6,060 nt of DNA from a virus, in the IMG/VR virus record IMGVR_UViG_3300020040_000006, positions 1-6,060 of that record; one strand, given 5' to 3'. The stretch's first letter is position 1. Every line of letters begins with the position of its first letter. The translations under genes and the position numbers were made by a program. Shown here piece by piece: positions 1 through 4,906 of the stretch. The notes under the pieces were generated by a model that ran no database searches, had not been told where the DNA came from, and worked only from the letters and a program-made list of their open reading frames with translations.

Positions 1-121
1 CGACGGTTACGTATCCATATGGGAGAAGAGCAAGGCATTAGAGTAAACTTCGAAGGCAATCAAATTTAATGCTGGGGTGATCGAGGCGACAACGAATAAG
101 GTAATCATTCGCGGGTGTCTC
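1..121. repeat. Terminal direct redundancy (left copy), identical to 5940-6060; a circular-contig overlap rather than a biological repeat
   Basis: Base-by-base comparison shows 1-121 = 5940-6060 with offset 5,939. The region contains the Rep 5' end (ATG at 38 = 5977) and the 3' end of the upstream ORF. Confidence 0.95.
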
Positions 122-361
122 GTCGGCAAACCAAGCAATAATAACTCGTTTCCTGCCTCGGTATGCGCCAATAGAATAGCGATAATCAATACTATTAACA
201 ACAGGAGAAAACCTGGGGCGAAAATCAAAATAATCCATAATCGAAAAGTAATACTTTGCGCTTCGAAAGACGGTACTTTCGAGCGCGAGAACTGCTCCGT
301 TACGCCGCTCGACGGCCTTAACGGCCGGGACGCTGCGCGTCTTCGAGCTCCATGGCTTCAC
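38..361 (-). CDS. Hypothetical basic small protein (107 aa from GTG at 361; 66 aa if ATG at 238), translationally coupled to Rep
   Basis: Minus-strand ORF. Its TAA stop (40-38) shares one base with the Rep ATG (38-36), giving TAATG. K+R is about 19 versus D+E about 10, including RGRKR. The start codon at 359-361 is GTG, not ATG, so the start is uncertain. I recognised no family motif. Confidence 0.55.
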   Translation of the reverse strand: MKPWSSKTRSVPAVKAVERRNGAVLALESTVFRSAKYYFSIMDYFDFRPRFSPVVNSIDYRYSIGAYRGRKRVIIAWFADETPANDYLIRCRLDHPSIKFDCLRSLL

Positions 362-402
362 TTCGCGACGTATATACCGAACAAGTTCGGTGAGTCTGAG
401 GA

Positions 403-438
403 TAAAAAAAATCCCAGGGGAGAGCGACTCCCCTGGGA
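403..438 (-). terminator. Rho-independent terminator for minus-strand transcription
   Basis: Perfect 10-bp stem: 412-421 tcccagggga pairs with 429-438 tcccctggga, with a 7-nt loop gagcgac. On the minus strand it is followed immediately by U8 (A8 at 404-411 on plus). It lies 47 nt downstream of the stop of ORF 485-808. Confidence 0.8.
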
Positions 439-484
439 GCCAGCGGGCTAAAGAATTCGGCCTCCAAGAGGACGAGTTACAACT

Positions 485-808
485 TTAGTCCCTTTTCCCT
501 TCTTCTTTCGACGTGACTTCATTGCAATCGATATCAAGGTTAAACATAAGAATGATCGTATTATCGAAGAACTCGATGCAGAAATCGGGAAGGGCCTCGC
601 AGACACCAACAAGGCCGGAGATATCCGAGTGGTCAACGTAGAGAGAATCGCTGATATGCGAACTCTTCAAATAGGGTGCAATAGGAGAATCTGCGATAGC
701 GCTGAAAGGGAGGGACTCAAATTGTCGGTCCTTGAGGTATCCTACCTGAGCGAGATCAATTTTGAGAGCCGGATTAATTCGACGAATAACAACATGAATC
801 TGTGTCAT
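485..808 (-). CDS. Hypothetical acidic protein, 107 aa; second gene of the accessory cassette
   Basis: ATG at 808-806 and TAA at 487-485. It begins 11 nt after the stop of the upstream ORF. D+E is about 17 versus K+R about 9. No recognisable motif. Contains repeat copy 526-545 (peptide FNLDID). Confidence 0.6.
   Translation of the reverse strand: MTQIHVVIRRINPALKIDLAQVGYLKDRQFESLPFSAIADSPIAPYLKSSHISDSLYVDHSDISGLVGVCEALPDFCIEFFDNTIILMFNLDIDCNEVTSKEEGKRD
526..545 (-). repeat. 20-nt repeat copy 1; viral strand reads GTTTAACCTTGATATCGATT
   Basis: 19/20 identical to 2926-2945, same orientation, offset exactly 2,400 nt. Contains the overlapping palindromes ATCGAT and GATATC, and CTTGATAT. Confidence 0.8.
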
Positions 809-819
809 AATAATATAGT

Positions 820-1137
820 TTAAAGAATAGATTTGAATTTACCGCAAAAACGACACCAAAGATTCGACTGGTCCACCCAAAAGTCGTAACCTTCCGGCGT
901 CATAGCGAACGGGAAAGACGTAGTAATGATAGCTTCGGCAGCCGCGCCTCGCAAACGGCATACACTGCGAAGTTTAATGCGCAAATTGTCGCGAAAAGAT
1001 CGATGATTCGGGTGAAATGCCTCATAATTCCTTTTATACGCAGCAAATGAATTTTGGCGAACAAGCCATTCAATGAACACGTACTCAAGAACATCGACAG
1101 AGAGGTCTGAGAGCCTGGAATTTTTGTTTGCTTTCAT
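820..1137 (-). CDS. Hypothetical basic protein, 105 aa; first gene of the accessory cassette
   Basis: ATG at 1137-1135 and TAA at 822-820. It lies 26 nt downstream of a Bacteroidota-type -7 box. Net charge is about +6. C-terminal motif TPEGYDFW...WCRFCGK includes a CxxC pair. I cannot assign a family. Confidence 0.6.
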   Translation of the reverse strand: MKANKNSRLSDLSVDVLEYVFIEWLVRQNSFAAYKRNYEAFHPNHRSFRDNLRIKLRSVCRLRGAAAEAIITTSFPFAMTPEGYDFWVDQSNLWCRFCGKFKSIL

Positions 1138-1163
1138 GGTAATATGGTTATTGGTTTACAACG

Positions 1164-1194
1164 CAAATGTACAACATGAAAAGAGAAACGCAAA
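1164..1194 (-). promoter_or_regulatory. Bacteroidota-type promoter (-33 TTTG / -7 TAnnTTTG) reading on the minus strand
   Basis: On the minus strand, TTTG (1194->1191) is followed by a 19-nt spacer and then TACATTTG (1171->1164). This is a perfect match to the Bacteroides sigma-AB consensus with canonical spacing. It sits in the largest gene-free gap (1138-1223), 26 nt upstream of the ATG at 1137. Confidence 0.6.
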
Positions 1195-1223
1195 GTTCAA
1201 AAGGTTGGAAGAATTGTTCAATT

Positions 1224-2474
1224 TTACCTCACATAACGACGGCTGGCCTTCGTGGTTCCTGCGTATCTGCCATCTTTGCCGTAAATCTCCCTACTTTCAT
1301 CGTAATCAACAGGAGCAGGGCGCTTTGTAGCGGCCGTACCGGCGATAGCCATAGCGCCAACCAAGGCAGTTCTCGCCAAACTATAGCCAAAAGCATTCTT
1401 ACTGGAGCGGTTTTGAAACCAGCGACCCGAGAGGTCTTGCTCACCTTCCGAAGCAGCGAGACCCATAAGCTTCTGATGAATCTGACGACCTGTCAGCTTT
1501 ATTGTCTTACCGGTAGGTTTGCCCTTTCCATCAACCTCGGGGACGTCTATTTCCGAATCCCAATTGATATTAAACCACTCGCGAAGATCGGCGAGGTTGA
1601 CTTTGCGTATCTCGGACTCAACATTTAAAACATCGCCAGAAGCGGCGGATTCGTAAGCGGCGGCAAAATCCCGGGCGATTTGAGCAGCGTAAACGGAATC
1701 AAAGTACTTGTCGTTGTATTTCTTGATCTGATTCGCTTCTTCAACATGCTTCGAATACATGGCGACGAAGTCTTGAAACTTATATGTAGCCATAAGATCG
1801 GCATACTCGGCGTCAGCAGTGTGGATGTCAGCCAGGGCGCGATTAAGGCGAATCAACTCAGAAACGTTATCGATGTGATGCTCCAAAGACTTCTTCTCCA
1901 AGTTATCCATCTCCTTTCGCCAGTCAGCGCTGTGAGTATTACCTCTCATGAGGTCAGCTTCGGCGTTATCGCGGTTAGCAGCAGCAGCGTTGCGATCGAC
2001 CGAGGAGCGAGCCATCATATTCTGTGCAATAGCCGCAGGATCGGAGGCTGCAAAACCACCGGGAGCAACGGGCGAGCCGCCGGAGGGGCCGGAGGCGGAA
2101 GGCATAGATGCAGAACCACCTGACATGGTAGCGTTAACGCCGACTCCGGAAGAACCTAAAACGGCGGCGGGCGTTACACCGGCCTTCAAATAACGGTCGA
2201 AAACCTTCGAGGGATCATTATAGGCATTTTCGTAATCAAACTGCTTCTGCCAATTAGCGTAAGAAAGTTCAGACTGCTTCTGCATCTGCTCGAGAGCATA
2301 CTGTTGTTGAAGCTTCATCTGTTTTTGCTGAAACTTCCACTGGCGACGAGCATTCATGCCGCCAAAAAGCTGGCCTAAAAAACCGTTGATCAGGCCGGTA
2401 GTGCCGGTAGAAGCAGCAGATTCTCCAAGGGCGCGGCCGAAAGAGGGGGAGGCAGTAGCAAAAGGGGTAGCCAT
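1224..2474 (-). CDS. VP2: Minor capsid / DNA pilot protein, VP2-like, 416 aa
   Basis: The Gly-rich hydrophobic N-terminus (TGLINGFLGQLFGG) is followed by a Q/K-rich helical segment (RRQWKFQQKQMKLQQQYALEQMQKQ). Next come a motif resembling the gokushovirus VP2 ...LKAGLNP... box (RYLKAGVTPAAVLG), a G/S/A/P low-complexity linker and a long helical region. I place the start at the ATG 2474-2472, 1 nt after the stop of the upstream ORF. The 2606 start in the ORF track would overlap that ORF. Confidence 0.75.
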   Translation of the reverse strand: MATPFATASPSFGRALGESAASTGTTGLINGFLGQLFGGMNARRQWKFQQKQMKLQQQYALEQMQKQSELSYANWQKQFDYENAYNDPSKVFDRYLKAGVTPAAVLGSSGVGVNATMSGGSASMPSASGPSGGSPVAPGGFAASDPAAIAQNMMARSSVDRNAAAANRDNAEADLMRGNTHSADWRKEMDNLEKKSLEHHIDNVSELIRLNRALADIHTADAEYADLMATYKFQDFVAMYSKHVEEANQIKKYNDKYFDSVYAAQIARDFAAAYESAASGDVLNVESEIRKVNLADLREWFNINWDSEIDVPEVDGKGKPTGKTIKLTGRQIHQKLMGLAASEGEQDLSGRWFQNRSSKNAFGYSLARTALVGAMAIAGTAATKRPAPVDYDESREIYGKDGRYAGTTKASRRYVR

Positions 2475-2475
2475 A

Positions 2476-2667
2476 CTACATGCGGATTGAATTGTTAGAA
2501 CGAATAATGTAGTCGACGCGCACCGTGTCGATGTGCACACCGCTGCGTTGCATCCTGGCCTGGGCGGAACAAGACGACAAGAAAAAAGCAGCCAAGGCAG
2601 CGACAATGGAAGAAACGAGTGTCCAAAAAGCCTTAGACTTGTAAAAGGGTTGTTTGGTATCAGACAT
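2476..2667 (-). CDS. Small predicted lipoprotein, 63-aa precursor (alternative in-frame ATG at 2778 gives 100 aa)
   Basis: From the ATG at 2667-2665 the sequence is MSDTKQPFYKSK (n-region), AFWTLVSSIVAALAAFF (h-region) and lipobox L-S-S-C (2580-2569, TTG TCG TCT TGT). This leaves a 31-aa mature peptide, CSAQARMQRSGVHIDTVRVDYIIRSNNSIRM. The TAG stop lies 1 nt before the VP2 ATG. Confidence 0.55.
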   Translation of the reverse strand: MSDTKQPFYKSKAFWTLVSSIVAALAAFFLSSCSAQARMQRSGVHIDTVRVDYIIRSNNSIRM

Positions 2668-2697
2668 AGGAATAAAATTTAAAGAACGATAGAAAAA

Positions 2698-2770
2698 TGC
2701 GCGAACTCTCCTGCAGTCGTTACCAATAACCTTCAGCAATTCACGAACTCTCGCAGAAGGGGTTCGCGCA
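2698..2770. repeat. 9-bp inverted repeat (tgcgcgaac / gttcgcgca) enclosing a duplicated cgaactctc(..)gcag motif
   Basis: 2698-2706 is the reverse complement of 2762-2770. Direct repeat cgaactctc occurs at 2702-2710 and 2744-2752, each followed by gcag. The region lies between the stop of ORF 2801-3097 and the ATG at 2667. Confidence 0.6.
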
Positions 2771-2800
2771 CGTAGCATATATCGTCAAGTAAAGGATGTA

Positions 2801-3097
2801 CTATTTTTCTTCAGAATCAGCAGGGCTTGAAGCGGACTTTGACTTATCGAGCTGAGAATCAATAAGTTCCTGACCGACCTCAAGACCGTCAAACTTATCC
2901 ATACGAGAGAAAGAATTAGGATCAAAATCGATATCAGGGTTAAACCTCTCTTCCTTCGCGAAATCGGAAGGTTCGGCTATCACATCCGGACGACCAGGAA
3001 GGACGTCGACGGACCCGGAACCGTCAAGAACGGAAAGAATACGCTGACCACGAGAGATATAGGCGGGAGCGTCCTCAAGTAACCAATCAAGTGCCAT
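2801..3097 (-). CDS. Strongly acidic 98-aa protein directly downstream of VP1; possible scaffolding-type (VP3-like) protein, function unproven
   Basis: ATG at 3097-3095, 12 nt after the VP1 stop, and TAG at 2803-2801. About 22 D+E versus 10 K+R. Serine/acidic tail SASSPADSEEK. Contains repeat copy 2926-2945 (peptide FNPDID). Confidence 0.6.
   Translation of the reverse strand: MALDWLLEDAPAYISRGQRILSVLDGSGSVDVLPGRPDVIAEPSDFAKEERFNPDIDFDPNSFSRMDKFDGLEVGQELIDSQLDKSKSASSPADSEEK
2926..2945 (-). repeat. 20-nt repeat copy 2; viral strand reads GTTTAACCCTGATATCGATT
   Basis: 19/20 identical to 526-545. The single mismatch is at 2937 versus 537. Confidence 0.8.
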
Positions 3098-3109
3098 AGA
3101 ATCAATAAA

Positions 3110-4903
3110 TTAACGATTAGACAAACGGGTTGCAAATGTTTTATTAACCAAATTCTTCTTCTGGATAGAATACGAAAGGTTGACGAAGAAATTGTCTTCC
3201 CGCTTAGAAGCAAACGGAGAGTTCACCTGATCGACATCCACGAACAAAAGGGAGTAATACTGGTTATAGCTTGCCGACAAAACACGCTGTTGAACCCAAT
3301 AAGAATAAAGAGGTACGCTGCTATCAGCGCCTTGAAATCGAGATAGTTGACCAAGAACCTCATCATACGAGGATCGAAACTCGTTAAAACACGGTTCGTA
3401 AGCCACGGCCTCCGAGGCCGAGGTGGTCCCAAAACCGAACTGGAATCCGGGAACATCCTGATAACCAATATCGTTGTAGATCGGATTAAAGTAATCAGCG
3501 CCAGTATAATGAAGGTAATCAGGGTAAACACCTGCCCAATAGTAAACAGGTCGAATACTCAACATATCGATCAAGTAGCCAGGTTCGCGAAAATAATAAG
3601 ACTGCCGACGACCGAGTCGATCGTTGAAAGCGATAGCGCCACCCTGCTGACCGAGAGGAGGCATGGAGTACGAATCATTTGCAAAATTGTTAGCACCAGC
3701 CTGATTCATAACGACTTGAACATTGACAGTCTGCGATGCACTAAATAAAAGCTTAGGTCGATCGACATGCTCAATCTTTGAAGCAAAAAAGGTTTCCAGC
3801 CAGTCGCTGTAACGAGAACCTCCAGCACCAAGCAAATCCTTGTATTCCTGAAGCCGCGAAGCGATAGCCAGTTGCGGAATAGTCGAAACGCCTGACATGG
3901 AGACGCCTTCAGAGCTACCAACGGGGAGCAACCGACTATAGCGATCGGGGTTCGAAGGTATAACGGCCATCGGATGGGCGACAAGGAACGACCCGAGTGT
4001 AGTGACAGCCGTAGTGCCAGCGTCGGTAGAAAACTGATCTGCAGGACCCGCGGTGGACAACGAAGAACTTCCGGGATAGATAGTAGAGACGGGATAGCCG
4101 TCCTTGGAGGCGGTAATCGTAGAGCCAAGGTCCGAAAGCAATATCTGGGAAAAAAGATTTCCTCTATTATACGTATTGTTCGAAGACGGCACAGCCGAAG
4201 GATAGAACTGACTCTCGAAATAAGCATCGAGGAATTCGAGGCTTCCGAATCTTTGCGAGAAAAATCTCGGCGTATCACTGAACTGAAGGACGTTGTATGT
4301 AGTACCGGTATTGTTAGGGATGAAATACCAGCTGCTGGGCCAAGCGAAAGAATAGAGTCCCCACTGGGAATAGCCGTAGTAGTTGCGGACGATATCCCAA
4401 TAAGCAAGATAAGAATCAGCAGTACACCAACCTAAAGGATATCCCAATTGAGCGGTCGAAAGGTTGGCCGACATAGGAACATTGCTGGAAGTTGCCACCG
4501 GGATAGAAGCAGGAATAATGCGTAACCAACGAAGCAACGAATTGGAATAGGGGTAGTTGTTGCCGGTAAACGGGTAGGACGCGGTCGACGCAGCGGCAAC
4601 GAAATTCAAGCTCAAATCATTCATATCGAACTTACTACTATTCGTCCTCATCTCGGGATGGTACAACTGAAGAGGCACCCAGAAACGATGCAAGCGAATA
4701 GTGTAAGGATTGAATGTAGGAACAGCGAGCGGATTGCTACGGACGTCAATACCTTGCTCAATGGATACGCGATCTCGAGCGTTGATAAAATCAATCCGCA
4801 CCGGATACAAAATACCCGGTGTACACGTAAAGGCCTTGCTCTCGGGGACATCATAGCGAGAGTAGCCGTTTACAGCGTGTGAGATAAAAGGTTGTTTTCC
4901 CAT
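3110..4903 (-). CDS. VP1: Major capsid protein, Microviridae VP1/F family, 597 aa
   Basis: Largest ORF, with ATG 3 nt after the Rep stop. The N-terminal block (SRYDVPESKAFTCTPGILYPVRIDFINARDRV) resembles the conserved microvirus capsid N-terminus (..G.L.P.....PGD-type). The protein is very rich in aromatics, Ser and Asn. The C-terminal EDNFFVNLSYSI...TRL block resembles the terminal strands of F/VP1. Size and position fit the family. Confidence 0.88.
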   Translation of the reverse strand: MGKQPFISHAVNGYSRYDVPESKAFTCTPGILYPVRIDFINARDRVSIEQGIDVRSNPLAVPTFNPYTIRLHRFWVPLQLYHPEMRTNSSKFDMNDLSLNFVAAASTASYPFTGNNYPYSNSLLRWLRIIPASIPVATSSNVPMSANLSTAQLGYPLGWCTADSYLAYWDIVRNYYGYSQWGLYSFAWPSSWYFIPNNTGTTYNVLQFSDTPRFFSQRFGSLEFLDAYFESQFYPSAVPSSNNTYNRGNLFSQILLSDLGSTITASKDGYPVSTIYPGSSSLSTAGPADQFSTDAGTTAVTTLGSFLVAHPMAVIPSNPDRYSRLLPVGSSEGVSMSGVSTIPQLAIASRLQEYKDLLGAGGSRYSDWLETFFASKIEHVDRPKLLFSASQTVNVQVVMNQAGANNFANDSYSMPPLGQQGGAIAFNDRLGRRQSYYFREPGYLIDMLSIRPVYYWAGVYPDYLHYTGADYFNPIYNDIGYQDVPGFQFGFGTTSASEAVAYEPCFNEFRSSYDEVLGQLSRFQGADSSVPLYSYWVQQRVLSASYNQYYSLLFVDVDQVNSPFASKREDNFFVNLSYSIQKKNLVNKTFATRLSNR

Positions 4904-4906
4904 AAA

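Noticed and set aside
61-68. Additional perfect TAnnTTTG -7 boxes on the minus strand (TAAATTTG at 68->61 and its copy at 6007->6000; TAAGTTTG at 2897->2890)
   Set aside because: Both lie inside coding sequence and lack a TTTG -33 element at 19-21 nt spacing. The nearest are absent or 25 nt away. They could be weak internal promoters for Rep and for the lipoprotein/VP2 genes, but an 8-mer with two free positions is expected by chance a few times in 12 kb.
1-121. Terminal repeats as a biological LTR/att/DTR feature
   Set aside because: The identity is perfect and runs exactly to the window edge. It cuts through the Rep coding sequence and restores intact genes when circularised. This is the signature of an assembler overlap on a circular contig.
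377-390. Palindrome ccgaacaagttcgg between the terminator and ORF 38-361
   Set aside because: It has only a 6-bp stem and a 2-nt loop, which is too short to support an operator or origin call on its own. It is mentioned under the ORF 38-361 finding.
77-451. Plus-strand 124-aa ORF antisense to ORF 38-361
   Set aside because: It runs straight through the terminator hairpin and A8 tract and has a low-complexity, unconvincing sequence. Microviridae genes are all co-oriented, and the minus-strand ORF has the TAATG coupling to Rep. It is most likely an antisense shadow ORF.
801-826. dif/XerCD-like site (tgtcataa-taatat-agtttaaag) in the gap between the two cassette ORFs
   Set aside because: Only the CATAA part of the XerC arm and a loose GTTTAAA resemble the dif consensus GGTGCGCATAA-TGTATA-TTATGTTAAAT. 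That is too weak to call without a host dif sequence for comparison.
1167-2193. Plus-strand ORFs 1167-1628, 1680-2123 and 1948-2193, antisense to VP2
   Set aside because: They are shadow ORFs of a well-supported minus-strand gene. Their products are Arg/Ser/Gly-rich nonsense-like sequences, and no independent signals support them.
2475-2606. N-terminal 44-aa extension of the VP2 ORF (track start at 2606)
   Set aside because: The extension (MSLPWLLFSCRLVPPRPGCNAAVC...) overlaps the lipoprotein ORF out of frame and looks non-protein-like. The ATG at 2474 sits 1 nt after the upstream stop and gives the typical Gly-rich VP2 N-terminus.
3706-4407. 233-aa +1-frame ORF inside VP1 (also 3223-3531 and 2980-3213)
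   Set aside because: It is striking in length, but the starts are TTG (4407) or GTG (3531), and the products are S/R/L/P-rich as expected for frame-shifted translation. All long alternative ORFs here fall in the +1 frame of real genes, which indicates codon-bias stop depletion rather than selection.
3347-4435. Plus-strand ORFs 3347-3748 and 3974-4435, antisense to VP1
   Set aside because: Same reasoning: antisense shadows inside the capsid gene with R/S/I-rich composition.
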